Below, piece after piece: positions 1 through 14,214 of a stretch of DNA of 64,000 nt (position 1 is its first letter; each line of letters begins with the position of its first letter). The DNA is taken from NCBI GenBank assembly GCA_032718475.1, contig JAUCBJ010006842.1, forward strand, positions 124,001 through 188,000, given 5' to 3'. This DNA is from Nemertoderma westbladi (lineage: Eukaryota > Animalia > Xenacoelomorpha). The translations under genes and the position numbers were made by a program. The notes under the pieces were generated by a model that ran no database searches, was not told the DNA's origin, and saw only the letters and a program-made list of their open reading frames with translations.

Positions 1-26
1 CAAGTACAATGCAACAAGCATAGTTA

Positions 27-410
27 TAGCATAGCATAGCATAGCATAGCATAGCATAGCATAGCATAGCATAGCATAGCATAGCATAGCATAGCATAGC
101 ATAGCATAGCATAGCATAGCATAGCATAGCATAGCATAGCATAGCATATCATAGCATAGCATAGCATAGCATAGCATAGCATAGCATAGCATAGCATAGC
201 ATAGCATAGCATAGCATAGCATAGCATAGCATAGCATAGCATGGCATAGCATAGCATAGCATAGCATAGCATAGCATAGCATGGCATAGCATAGCATAGC
301 ATAGCATAGCATAGCATAGCATAGCATAGCATAGCATAGCATAGCATAGCATAGCATAGCATAGCATAGCATAGCATAGCATAGCATAGCATAGCATGTA
401 GCATAGCATA
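27..410. repeat. (AGCAT)n pentanucleotide microsatellite
   Basis: Near-perfect AGCAT tandem array visible directly; it produces the spurious CYAML ORFs. Confidence 0.99.
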
Positions 411-439
411 GTTATACTTAGACTATTTATTTATATATT

Positions 440-920
440 TCCAGGATTTGGAAGTCACCGAGAATTAATCGGAAACTTAAGGTCCGGTTATTTAGAGCAG
501 CAGTAGTTCCAGTACTCCTCTATGGGAGTCCATGCTGGGCCCTAACTGCTGAGGACACCAAATCTCTGGATGGCACATTCACAAGAATGCTACGCCGGGT
601 TCATTGTGTCAAGTTCAATGCACACATATCCAACCAGACACTTTGAAGGACATTGTTCGGGACTATAATCATGGTGGACAGCCCATAACTTTCCTGAGAT
701 GCCTCTTAATTGACACTGGCGTTAAAGAAGCGGGTAATCTCGCGAAAGTCATGCGGGCTAGGGAGTTGTGGCGGTGCAACTTTGTCGATAAGCCGGCATA
801 TCGTTCTTGATTTCCGATGCATTGGAATATGAGAATTGTGGATTGCATGATATTGGCAAAAATAATTTTGTTAAGCTAGCATAGCATCTCAATGTGCAGC
901 TGCAATGTAGCAGCCCGATT
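440..920 (+). mobile_element. RTE-clade LINE 3' fragment
   Basis: Translates to SRIWKSPRINRKLKVRLFRAAVVPVLLYGSPCWALT...ELWRCNFVDKPA, nearly identical to the copy at 58358-58975. Has an internal deletion; the 3' motif TGCAGCTGCAATG is near 895. Confidence 0.9.
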
Positions 921-3787
921 ACAGAAAGATAGAAGAAAGTTATATTTTTATTTTAAATTGGCTTGATTTTTAACAGAGCCTGATAGATTTTACTTTCCGG
1001 ATAGGAATGTGACCTACAATTGGAAGATTTAAAGACAAGTGTCCAGGCTAGACAATCTCTCAAATCCGCAATTATATTTGCTGATTGAGTTAGTTTGCAC
1101 CGAGAGTTTAGTTATTGTAGGCCTATTTTTTATTTTATAGATATAATAATTTGCACCACTTTACAACCTTTTAATTAATTTTAATGTTTTACAAGAAATT
1201 GAAGTTTAATTAATAAAATAACTTTGTTAATTTATAATTCATTCAAGATTCCTAATGACAAATTCAGACTTTTAATAAACTACGTGTGTACCATATTTTG
1301 TTGAATTTCATCAAAGATTATTATTAAGTTATTAATCATCAAACTTATTAAAGTCCGACTGACCGACCGACCGACCCAAAGACAACGATAAAAGCAGCTG
1401 TGGCCATATCGCTTATTTCATTACTTGCCCCAAAAACTTGCCCAATTATGTTAACTAAATTTGAAATGTATGTATGTCGAAATATTAGGTATGGTTGATT
1501 GATACAGATGTCTTGAAGGTACTGGTAAATCATAATTAAATTTCGTAAGTGTGTGTAAGAAATATTAAATCATAATATAATTTATACCCCAATCAGGGAC
1601 ATAATTACAAGTTAAGATTACTTCAACTGCAGTAAGAAATGGAGATACTGAATATAAAAACCAAATTCTAATTTACATTCATTTCCATACAAATCCAATT
1701 TTTATCCAAATCGTATTAAAATAATTAATATTTGTAAATTAAATAATTATTTCATAATTATAGTTTCTTTATAAATTATTCTCAATATATGTAGCTCTAT
1801 AGATACTATAATGTACTTACAGTATAAAAGTATACACTGACACGGTAGTTAAATTGCACAAAGTATTTCTTATAAATGCTATTTAACTGGTTTTCTGCTA
1901 CTTTTTATTTATTAGGTTAGGTTTATACCATTTTGGTAAATAATTGTAAAAATATCTAGAAACACATTCCAAACAAACAGGACAGGTTAATAACTAATAA
2001 ATAGCGAATAAATTAAATAAGGGCGTACTGTAGGTGTGTAGGCCTAAGCGTAGAGGTACATTGCATATAAAATAAAGTTAGGCAATGTTATCTGTGTGGG
2101 TTATCCTGCAAGTTGTGGAAGGACTGGAGAAGGCCTAGATACCACATATCAAATGAATTACAGTGCTAACTGATTATAATAATAGTATTAATTAAAAATA
2201 AATATTAACTATAAAATTAAATTAATTAGTATTATACTGAAGTATTAATAAGTACACGTCATCGAATGTCAGTCAATTTTACGAAAAAAGTCAGCTGTTG
2301 TATCATTCATTGAATGTGTACAAATCTAAATTTTAAATGTCAGCTTTTTTGGGGAATTAAGTCGCCTTTGTTTCACTTCCATCAATTTTGTAAGAGAAAG
2401 TCAACTAATGTGGAATAAATGTTTTGGTGGTAGAGCCAGTTTCTTTGATTTGCTGAACTTTCTGTTGAATACCCATTAATAGTTATGGTAATAGTTTTCT
2501 TATTTTGACAGTTAAAGCTCGTAAATCTTATATAATTGTAATTGCCTTATTTTCATGCTGGATGCCATAACCTCCTGTCGATCAAGCGATTTATTCATCT
2601 CTGTTCATTTCATTTCAACCCCCGCTAAATCGCCCCAGTGGCTCAGCCTCATATAAATCTCATCGCACTCGCTACCCTACGTCTTAATCACTCTCTCTGA
2701 CTGGGCTCCCTCCACAACGAATTTGCTACAGGAGGGACCTTTCTGTGAAAATATTAGCTATCCTGTGTGTCACGTGGATCGGCATATTGATCGACGTAGA
2801 ATGTCAATCCTTGGAGAAATTGCTCAATATTTCTCCCAGTGTTTCTGCATAACAAAAATGTGAAATTAACCTAACCCATAGTATTGAGAGTTCTTGATTA
2901 CGGGTTTTCAAGCCCTCAAGCAACACAATTGTCTCACAACTTCATCGTGCAAATCAATTCCAGGCCACATATTATTCTATTTTTTCGTTTTCTTAACGAT
3001 GACTTTCATTTATTATATAAACTTACAGCCTCACCGTTTATTGATTTTTATTGATCTATAATCAATTTGACATCGATGCAAGGTTCACGTTTTGGTTTCT
3101 TGATGTCGCAGAGTTGAGTAAATAGCTTATTAGAGCAACTATTATTATGAAATATTCACAGTTCCTTATGGGGAGATCAATTCAGATTCCACAACATCAC
3201 TAAACTCAATGGCAGGTGGGTTGGTTCGATGCGATAATAATGTAGGAATTCTAGATCACCATGGTGATTACATCTGCAGGATATAATGGCTCGGTTGGAG
3301 ATACCTGGGTGCAATGGCGTAGCCTTTTGCTTTGCAAACAGTAATATTACATTTTTTAAAACATTCATGTTCAATACAGTTGCACAAAATGTAACGCTTC
3401 TCAATTTTGTTTTTCGTTGATTTTCTGGATGATTTACATATTATTGCATATGCAATTGTTTCTAAAATAATTCTACAATTGAATGCAGCAAACTGCAAGC
3501 GAAGAGAGCAGTTATACCTATTAGCGTTACCGTTACACTATAGTTTAATAGGCCTGCTATCACCATGCGCCAGAAAAGGGTTAATATTCCTGATATGATT
3601 TCTGTAATATAGTAATAGAGCTGGTCTCTTACCAACAGGTAGGGAAGTTCGTTGTTCATGATTCGATCATCATATTTAATTCATTTTATTTTCAGTTTTC
3701 CCATTGCACTATGGTCTGGTCATATACCATGTAACACGCACAATCTTGTAACACATGATCAATTTATTTTCGTTTGCTTCATTTATC

Positions 3788-4030
3788 CAGATAGCGGGGG
3801 AAACTGGATGCAATAAAAATTCATCCCGCTCCAGGGGAAATTGGACGCAAATTACAGCTGATTACTTTCAAAAATAAAACTGTAACCTGTTCTATTGTGT
3901 TTAGTTTATTGTTTTGGTTAAAATAACGTTCCACTGTAACCTGCTCCTTTCTCTAAATTGAGAATTTAACATTGAGGCGGGATATTAATTCGCTAAGGCG
4001 GGTTTTGCGTCCAGTTTCCTCCCCTGTCTC
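3788..4030. mobile_element. MITE-like element with imperfect terminal inverted repeats
   Basis: GGGGGAAACTGGATGCAA on the left and TTGCGTCCAGTTTCCTCCCC on the right. The interior has GTAACCTGCTCCTTTC, the reverse complement of part of the 68-bp repeat. A related sequence occurs at ~62945-63005. Confidence 0.6.
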
Positions 4031-5529
4031 CAATTAATAATTTATTGTTGAACATTTTTGTATACATCATATAATATAGCAAATTGAAATTCTCGGATAA
4101 CAGATAGTTGTCTACAATAGTTGCAGAATCTCACACAGTTGTAAATAAAATTGCATAATAGTTTGATTGTTAATTAATTGTTACAATAGTTGGATATAAT
4201 TATTATTATTACTGCAAGACTGCAAGTTTGTTGTAATGATTTTTGAATTCTGATTTTTTAAATCAGGCTGTTTAAATATGTCATGTGCCATAAATAATGC
4301 AATGTATACCATTTTGGAGGCAAACAGTATCTCGCAATACCAGTTGATTTCAATGAAATACTTCGACGCTGTGGTGGCTCAGAAGAAACTGAAGAAGATT
4401 CCACCTCTAAACTGTCTGTGAACTAATTACAATAATGCATTGCAGTTGGATACTTAAACACATGGAATCAATGCCTCAGCCGGGAGGATTAAAACCACCT
4501 GGATTAGTTTCGATTACTAAAACCCAACCAGAGTACCTTTTTTCCGAAGTTGGTATTCAGTGAGCAAATTCAGTTAGCTATTTAGGTTCGAAAATTCATG
4601 CTGACATGGTCTGAAATAGATCGTGATTGGCAATTGTGTTTGGTTTTAGCCAGTTGTTGGTGGATATATTCCAATCGGACGAACCAATAGGAACTTAGAG
4701 TTGGCCTTTGCCAAGAGCTGCATTCCCAAGTACCCAATGTAAAAAGGAAAGCCATTTCTGTTTTAATTTCATGATAAATTATCTTCAGTTGTTTATCAGT
4801 AAATAATGGTTGTATTTGATTTATTAATGACTGACTGTCATTAATTCTAATTTTTTTTAGAAAAATAACGTTGTTTAGAAGTTTAGAGATTAAAAAATAA
4901 ATCATGTATAAATTTATTTACAACAAAAATTATATAAAATAATAACATAAAATGTTCCAAAATTGTAGTCTAGAAATCTAGCCAATCATATTTCAATCTC
5001 TCTATTTTGGTTTACTGAATACAATGTATTTTTATTTCCCAGGACGCCAATATATTTATGTATATTTCCAATGTGTTAGTTACAGAACAACACCATCCTG
5101 CTACAAATGCACTGGATCCATTGTTTTAGCTTGATTCACATCCACACAATTAAATATACATGCACCCATTCGTGTGAACCTTTAAGGAGCATCCATGCCC
5201 TACAAACCAAAACAAAACCTCGCCATACTTCAATTTCCGACTTCAGCCATGCCACTAGCCAGCTCGTCAACCATGTACCTTGTGATTGTACGCCTGAAAT
5301 TTTAGAGCTTGCGTAAAGAGTGAGGTTTTGAATTTGATTTATGTTATGTATTTTGACCGTATACATAACACCTTTATAATAATACACATTACACACACGC
5401 ACATTTAACCTGTTTGCATCATGTCTCATGTCATAATACTATCGCAAAAACATGATGTAAATAATAGAGAGTCAAGTGTGATTCACTTGTCATTTATATT
5501 TGTATATCCTATAAATGAGGCATTGCTTG

Positions 5530-5948
5530 CTTGAGCACGTGGATGACTTTTGCTACTTGGGATCATGGATCAGAAAGTCAGATGAAGAGATTCGGATATG
5601 TAAGGGGAAGGCATGGGCTAGGCAGCGTTAGATAGTCTGTCCAGGATTTCGAAGTCCCGTAGAATAAAACGGAGCCTTAAGGTTAGATTATTTATGACAG
5701 TAGTAGTACCAGTACTCGTATATAGGAGTCCATGCTGGGTTCTTCTAACTGCAGAGGATACCAAATCTCTGGATGACACTTTCACAAGAATGTTGCGCTG
5801 GTTTCATTGTGTCAAGACAATGAACACATCTCCAATCAGTCTCTATCTCCAATCAGAGGTGTTCCATTAGTCTCCCCTAGCTTGACACTTGAATAGAAGC
5901 AACCGCCTCCGTTTGCAGGACATTGCTTTTGCCGTGAGGACCAGCCAT
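5530..5948 (+). mobile_element. RTE-clade LINE 3' fragment, degraded
   Basis: LEHVDDFCYLGSWI...FAGHCF matches the 58358-58975 copy, with stops and frameshifts. Confidence 0.88.
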
Positions 5949-6039
5949 GCTATGTCATGAGATTATTGCCATAGGCACAGACCCAAAAACAAAAACGCCA
6001 CAAATCACTCGATCAGCCATAAGTTCGGCGATCTTAATT

Positions 6040-6550
6040 ATATAAACTCATCCACGAATTACACTGGCTTCCTATTACACACAGAGTGCAGTACAAAATT
6101 CTTCTTATAACACCCAAGATTCTCTGTGGTAGTGGCACTTAATCTTTAGAAAATGCTTCACATTGCACTAAATAATAGATACAACATACGGAGCCAAACA
6201 GCACCAAAGTTCATTACACCCCAATACAAGTGTGCATCATATGGACGACGGGCCTTCAGAGTCGCTGCACCAACTCTATGGAATAAACTGCCTCACGAGT
6301 TGCGATCAGAAGGGAACACATCGAAATTTAAAACGGATCTTAAGACTCATCTCGTTAGGAAAGCCTTTAATAAGTAATTTTTAAACTGACTGATAATTAT
6401 ACCACTTTTAACCATTTTGAGCTTATACATTTTATTTAACACTTATTTTTAAAGCTTACATTTTATGTACTTAGTCGTAAGCGCTTTAGAGTACTATAGT
6501 CGTAATTTAGTCGAAATTTAGCACTATATAAAAATTTTATAATTATTATT
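6040..6550 (+). mobile_element. L2-clade LINE 3' end
   Basis: HELHWLPI..RVQYKILL and YGRRAFRVAAPTLWNKLPHELR...FKTDLKTHL are typical L2 ORF2 C-terminal motifs. The tail GTAAGCGCTTTAGAG...GCACTATATAAA...TTATTATT is L2-like. Confidence 0.85.
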
Positions 6551-8305
6551 ATCCTTATATGAAGAACACATCTGCTCACTTACCTACATCTGTACATCGA
6601 AACTTTAAATTCATTTATTTGATTTTATATAGACCTATATTATGTATTATTATTAAATTAATTAATTAAAATATAAATAGATTTAATAAATAAGTCAACT
6701 TTTGTAAATTATTTCATTTTTCAAGTTATTATTGCTGGCTTATTCTCGGATGGATAATATAATTTTTTAGTGGATCCATCCACTGCCATGCCACCTACCG
6801 AGAGAATTGGGGACAGAGTGATTTAAGAATCAAAACCGGGTATCCAGTATCCAATATAATATTGCATACCAAGGAACATGAAGTGATGTGATGCTAGCTG
6901 GGAGATGGTTAACAACACATCTCAGGGGCCAAAGGGAACATGGAATGACAGGGGGAAAAACCAACCAATAGCCGTGCAGCACATGGCCAGTAAACGTGTA
7001 TCTATTGGTATGTCGACATGTAGGTAGAACTGTGTGATAAGTTTTCCATGCAATCTGTATATATCCGTTACCCAATAATAATTTTGTGTTCAGTTGGCTA
7101 TTAATTACTGTGGAAGTTGGACAGTTTTTAACCATCACCCGTAGTACATACTGATTGTGCTGTTATCTACCGGTACTTATATATCAGCTATTATTAACAA
7201 CGATAAAGAATAACTCTATAATATTTATATCAGCCTATGGCCTTTCAGCCTTACTACCTATAGCGCAGCGATGCGTACTAAACACGACACACATTCCCTG
7301 TCAGGATCCCGCGCCAACTCGGATCCCATCACATAATTTACAAAAACAGTTGTTAACATGAAATGAGTGTGTGTTCCTTGATACTCGAAATATCATATAT
7401 TATCTCAAGTTTTCCTTCCAACATTATAACATACAGTACTCATAGACCTAAATACACCATATGGTTTATTTATTAATATATTATATGTCTAACTGGAGGT
7501 CCACATTCTTTCTCCTGTATGAAGCATTGAAGTTAAAAGTTACAAATATATTTCTGCCTCTTATAGCAGCACAAAACTGGGCCTAACTGTACAAAATAAG
7601 CGACTGACTGAATCAACACGCATCATAGAAACTGAATCAACATGTGTCATCATAAAAACACAATGAATTGAAATATAATAGATTGTGGCAATTAAATCAA
7701 TCGAAATTTAGGTATTTTTCATAATAAACAAGCTATAACAAATAAGAAACAACAGGGACTGCATGCAAACAAACTGTCTCCAAGAATGACAGTACGCAGT
7801 AGTACATGTTTCGGGACTGTAAAAAGTACATAAATGTTTACATTACCATATCATTCAGTACCGGTAACAATAAACATGATTTAATCCCCTCCATCGCTTG
7901 CTGGTACTTAATAAAGTGATTTATAATTTCTTTATTCTATTTATATATCCTACGTTTCAGGGGAAAATATTCAACTTTTTTTCCTTCAAATACGTGAATG
8001 GTAAGCAACAAAGGCTTATCTTATTATCCTTAAAATAGCGGACATTTACTTCACATGCATTGGATTGATTGTAAAACAGGTGACTTTTTTCCTAAAAATA
8101 GTTCAAGGACCATGTTCTTATACGGCTGTACATATTCGGTTTACATGAGAAAGAGATGGTGATAAGTCTCAAGAGCGGATGAGACAAGGCCATTTTGTTA
8201 ATAAAATTACATATTATATGCAAAGGCTTTTTAGATCAGAGTCAGAGTATATACAAAATCTTTTTAGTTAGATCACGGAGTCAGAGACGTATGAAAGCCC
8301 AGAAG

Positions 8306-8745
8306 GGCCATGTCACACTTTCTTGCATGTTATTAATTTCAGTACAATTGTATACAAAAAATTGTATACAATACCTTGCATGTTATTAATTTCAGTACAA
8401 TTGTATACAAAAAATTGTATACAATTCCTTGCATGTTATTAATTTCAGTACAATTGTATACAAAAAATTGTATACAATTCCTTGAAATGTATACAATTAA
8501 TTGTATACAAAAAAATGTATACAAAAAATTGTATACAAAAAAATTGTATACAAAAAATTGTATACAAAAAATTGTATACAAAAAATTGTATACAATTAAT
8601 TGTATACAAAAAAATGTATACAAAAAATTGTATACAAAAAAATTGAATACAAAAAATTGTATACAAAAAATTGAATACATTTGTAAATAGTTGAATGAAT
8701 GGAGGGAATTTTAAATTTCATTAACACAATGAGTGTATTATGGCC
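8306..8745. mobile_element. Possible PIF/Harbinger-type MITE filled with TTGTATACAA(AAAA) tandem repeats
   Basis: The ends GGCCATGTCACACT and AGTGTATTATGGCC are imperfect inverted repeats resembling the TIR at 48316-48629. The internal ~14-bp array (~8345-8680) is certain; no clean TSD. Confidence 0.55.
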
Positions 8746-11700
8746 TACTACTGTAATATGCCTTATGATATTACAGTACTGGTAGTCAACTACTACAGTA
8801 CTAGAGAGACAGTTGCAAGCTTGCAACGAAAACTGTACAGGTAAAAATGGTGTTTTGCGGTAGTTTTATTATTGGTCAACACTCAATTGCTTTACTGGTT
8901 CAGGTGTCGAGATTTATAGATTATACGGGTTTACTTCAAAGATCTGTTGAAGTCTTTGTGCACTGTGGCCTGACGTTTTTAAAAGTTTCCATGATAAGGT
9001 GTTTGTTTTGCTTTATGGTGATAAGTCTAAAGCACATTAAGATTGCCTTGCTCTCATCAAGAGTTTGTATTAACTAAATATAAAGAGGAAATTGGTCGAG
9101 AATACCGATGCATAAAGTTTCTACTATGTCTGAAATCCGAACTTTGTTGAGAGTACTTGCATTAATACGATGATATTGACCAATCACTGCCATTGAGTGA
9201 TGATGATGATAATCAACACGAATATTGCGAATAATAGTGTGCGCCCGGGTTACTGTTTACTTCACCTCGTGCAGTTCTCTGGGTAGTTAGGTATTTTCCG
9301 TAGTCAGCTAGACAAATGCATGTACGCCGAAATATTGCTGAGTTGTAATAATTGGTTACTTGTGTGGTCTTTGTAATTTTATCTACCTGATTTATCTTTA
9401 TTAAATAATTTGAATATTTGTAAATTTGGTTTTCACGTATCAATCAACACGAACCCCCCTCAATGGTTCCATTGCATTCAAGTTCTAACAAAATCAAAAT
9501 GGAGAATGCGATTCCAGAGCTAGAGCCATTAGTGAATTTGAATATCCCTGTCTATGAGTCGGACAATGACTCATGCATTACTATTGATGAAATGGATAAT
9601 GTCCCAATAGAACCAGCTGTTGAAAGACAAGATAAAGTATTCACTAGTCAACTGCTTCGAATCTTGCTGGACAATTTGTCTGTGTTCAAAGAAATGGGAA
9701 CTATTTACGATTAGGATTCTGTGTAACCTATCAGTACTTAGGAATCCGTCATCACTCTGCTACCTGATTTACTTTCTAATCTACCCCGAATCAACCCGCT
9801 GAAATGAATCAAAGTTATATTTTCAGGTAAACCTGGTCAAGATAAAGGAGGATTACTGCAAGATCTGTTAGAGAGTGCTGTTAGCCAGTTAAGTTGTTCA
9901 CAATAGTTTGGCATGCTGGATGGTTGGTTGCTTCCTACATTATGTGATCTCTCAAATTTACTTGTTACTGTTCATGATACTTAACCACGGTGAACAAAGT
10001 TTCGGAATAATGCACCCAATAGCAGCTGCATATATATATTTTGATAAACTTGATATAGAGGAACATGTAAAGGATGGGCATCTTAAATATTCCAGAAGTT
10101 TGCGATGTTTTTAATGAGGTCATGGTAAATGGTATTCCAGAATAACTTATATCTGAATGTCGAGTTGGGTTTATCAGGTGTCTGGAGAGATCTGATTTCC
10201 AGATGGTATCCATTTTTCATAGAGCTACGCATGCCTTTGCTTTCCTAACTATGTGTAATCAATCACCTTAATAACAGAACAGACAATATTAAAACATATT
10301 GGAGACAAGTAATATTTAGTCTCATAATAGATAATTTAACACAAAAATGGTATTGCTCAAATTCCAACATGGCTGACCTTAGCAGTTATATAATTGAGTG
10401 TAATGATGATGGAGACTTTAATTACCTAATAATAATATATATTAATATGGCGCCTTTCTGGGCGCATTTCAAGTCGATACTGTACTGTACTGTACTGTAC
10501 GTATAGATATTTATAACAATAAAATTTATCAACAATTTCAGTAAAAACCATCTAAAAAACAGAATCACTCAAAAATAACTCGTCTAAAAAAAACTATCAC
10601 TTGGTGTTAACCTTACCACTGAAATAAATAAAACAAAGTAAAAAAATGTTAAATCAGTGTTGAGGGACCTATAACAGTTTAGCGAGGTAAATGGTAGGGC
10701 CTACAGCGAAGGGGGTTGTGATTGGATGTGAATGAGGGCTAAGCTTAGCCTCATTGATGAGAGCGTTCAAAGTGTAATTTAAGGTAATTAATTAAGTGTA
10801 ATTTATTTTGTTTAGTGCAACAGCACGTGGATATTGAGTCCCACCTTAATATTTTAGGTAAGTAAAATACCATTAGTACTTCTTAGAAATAATGAATTAT
10901 GCGCAGAAGTGATATTGTAATAGCCACTCTTTAATTTATTACGCCCCTCTGAAATCATAGAAAATGTGTACATATTTAGGGATAATTTATAACATTCAAT
11001 TAAGTTACCTGAATTACCGCACGAGTTGTATTATTACCGCTAAGTGTACTCGAATATTCCGATCTTAAGATTAAAACGCACTCGCCTCCCCCCCCCCCCC
11101 CTCCCCAAATTAACTTTCTATCTTAAGTTTCATAAGGCTTAATTAACACCTTTAAGTTTAGTTTGTATCTCAAAAGTAGCCCCAGTAGCCTTTTTAATCA
11201 GAACTTTCACTGGGGGACTCAATTCGTTATGTAAAAATGTCCTGTTTGCTTAACGTCATATTTGCGCTACGTCCTGTTTGAGTAACAAAACTGCTTCAAC
11301 ATGAGGAAATAACTTTCATTTTAATGAGACGGTATCCTCTGGGATGTCATTAACGTCTCTGTGATTACCTACGTCATTTGATGGTACAGTAATACTTATT
11401 AAATCTCGTGGGTGTTATTTTTCCTGCTCACTCTATGAATAGTCAGCTCAGATTTTCAGCATGGGCAGGACAAATCCGAGGTCGTATTTCTCTTTAATCC
11501 AAGTGAAATAATCAACTTATGACATTTTCAATAATAGACAGAGACACTATAATAATATAGAGTATAATATTAAATCGGACAGCGCTGAAAGGATTATTTA
11601 ACCGTTACTTCCACTCCCCTTCAACATAAAATATGACAATTGCAAATTGAATCGAACTTCATTCTACCTGTTTAGGTAGAAATGTTCAAATTATAAAGTC

Positions 11701-11760
11701 AGAGATTTATTGAATTGTATTAACAATATTTCTTATTTTTTAATTCAAAGCAGGCCTAAT

Positions 11761-11790
11761 ACTAGAGACGGGCCTAGCGGCCCGTGAAGC
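11761..11790 (-). mobile_element. Helitron-like 3' terminus
   Basis: Minus strand reads ACGGGCC-GCTA-GGCCCGT (hairpin) followed by CT-CTAG|T. The 5' end was not located. Confidence 0.55.
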
Positions 11791-13261
11791 AAGTCGTAGG
11801 AGACAGTACGAGTCAAGTAAAGGCGTTTTGTTCTGACTGATAATAAATTAGTGTGAGGGTAGTCCCGGTGGTGTACGAGAAATTTCCACTTCAAACTGTA
11901 ATTATTATGTTGTAATAATCTAATGAATTATAAAAGCTGTTGTGATTATAGAAGATAGAGAGCAGTTAGCAAAATTATTATTTTATTCTATCGGATAGAG
12001 TAGTCGGAGTCTCAGAGAGGAGTCGAGGTGTCAATTGATTAATAATAATAACAGCAGTTGTCATGAATTCAATACAATCGCGCATAAGAAGTGATAAGAT
12101 AAATTCGTTCTTATTTTTGTAATAAATAAAACAAGTTGAGATATTTCAATGTAAACCGCGATTAACAATTTACACTGTTCAATGTAAACCACGATATTAA
12201 TTAAATACAACAATTATATTATTATTACAATAGATTTTTATATTTCAAACAATAATGTTAGCCTTATTGAGAATCATTGTGAGGCTGAGTAAACATTCAG
12301 CCTTATAGGCATACAGCCTCCAAAGTATTAATGTTGGCACAAAGGTTTCAAAATAAAACAATAATTCGATGCGAGCTAGAGAGCACAGTACAATCAATAG
12401 TGTAGCCAACACACTGTATAACTAACAGTCATTTAGCTTGCACGCCAATTAATTAACATTGGGAAGAGTTATTCAGCTGAGAGTGTAATAGCCAGCTAAA
12501 CCAGTTAATGTTTGCTTACTGTCTGGGTTGTAGAGTAGAGTGATAATACTTGGCACAGAAAGTACTTCTTTGTTAGTTGGCCCTTCCTATTTAATGCATT
12601 ACCAGGCCATATCTATACATTTTTCATGAGTGCCAGCTGGTGTTTTTATCATTGCACCTATGTTTACAATAAGTATGTAACTCTGTTCTTTAAATATTTC
12701 ACACATGGCAGATGCGTAGGAACATTGGGGGACTTTGCCACCAAAATTTAGACATTGAAATATTATCTGTGGAGTTGGTGTATTTATCAACCCTATAAAA
12801 ATATTGCACAAAATACACAGCTCAATAATATCACTTGAGAATCTGAAGTAATGCCCTTAATGGGAAAAAAAGGGAGCCCATCTCGTAATAATCTTTCTAG
12901 AACATTTTTATGTGTTTAGCATGGGATTTTTATTTCTATAACAATTTTATATTTATTTAACCAATATAATAATATACAAATCAAGAAGTACGCTTTACAC
13001 CGTTATTTATCATTTACAACTAGAGTAGGCCTAACCTAATGTAACTTATAAAAACCACAATTTATTCCATGACTGTAACAAATAAGGAAGTTGAAATGGA
13101 AAACTTATACATAGACAGACAATCGTTATTATAATTTATTTACTTAAGTCTATTGTTGATATACATAACGCAAACTTTAGTAAGTTGTAAATTTGTGAAA
13201 TTAATTAGTGAAACAATAAATGTAATTATGAGTGCAAATCACGTTTAAAGTAATAGTCTGC

Positions 13262-13900
13262 ATATTTGACTGTTCCAAAGTCGCCCGCACGTCCGAATGT
13301 CCGGGCACTAGGATGCCCGGATGTCCGGAAATCCGACCAAAATGTCTGTATTTCCGGGCAAACTGTCAAAATGACTGTCCGGAATTCGTCAAATCTGGGC
13401 GTTCAGTAAACTTTTCTGTCTGACTATTTGACTGTTCCAAAGTCGCCCGGACGTCCGGATGACCGGGCATTAGGAAGCCCGGATGTCCGGAAATCCGACC
13501 AAAATGTCTGTATTTCCGAGCAAACCGTCAAAATGACAGTCCGGAATTCGCCAAATCAAGGCGTCCAGTAAACTTTTCTCTCTGCCTATTTGACTGTTCC
13601 AAAGTCACCCGGAGGTCCGGATATCCGGATGTCCGGGCACTAGGATGCCCGGAGGTCCGGAAATCCGACCAAAATGTCTGTATTTCCGGGCAAACTGTCA
13701 AAATGACTGGCCGGAATTTGGCAAATCTGGGCGTTCAGTAAACTTTTATGTCTGCCTATTTGACTGTTTCAAAGTCGCCCAGACGTCCGGGCACTAGGAT
13801 GCCCGGATGTCCGGAAATCCGACCAAAATGTCTGTATTTCTGAGCAAACTGTCAAAATGACTGTCCGGAATTCGGCAAATCTGGGCGTTCAGTAAACTTA
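13262..13900. repeat. Tandem repeat, ~160-170 bp unit, about 4 copies
   Basis: TATTTGACTGTTCCAAAGTC(G/A)CCC recurs near 13263, 13425, 13586 and 13757; CCGG-rich. Confidence 0.95.
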
Positions 13901-14214
13901 AAGTTACTTTCGGATTAATAATCAACAATAGTTAAATTTAAAACAAATTAAAATTCACCAATATGACAGGTGCTCAGGAGGGTATTTTAAGCCCGCAATG
14001 AAAAATGTAAATTATGCGATAATTTTGGAAATTGTTATCTTATTAAAAGGACAATGATTATGAATACGTAATCAATAAAGATGCGGTAGATGCATTATCA
14101 ATTCCTATCAATCATTGAGCTATATTTTATGCTACTAACTTGTTAAAGCTAAAACTTTAAAAAATAGTACTACTCTTCTACTTCAATAAAGCTGCACGCC
14201 TGTGGGCCAAGCCA

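Noticed and set aside
24-409. CYAML-repeat ORFs
   Set aside because: Translation of a pentanucleotide microsatellite.
8339-8690. KKLYT / FFVYN repetitive ORFs
   Set aside because: Translation of the TTGTATACAA array.
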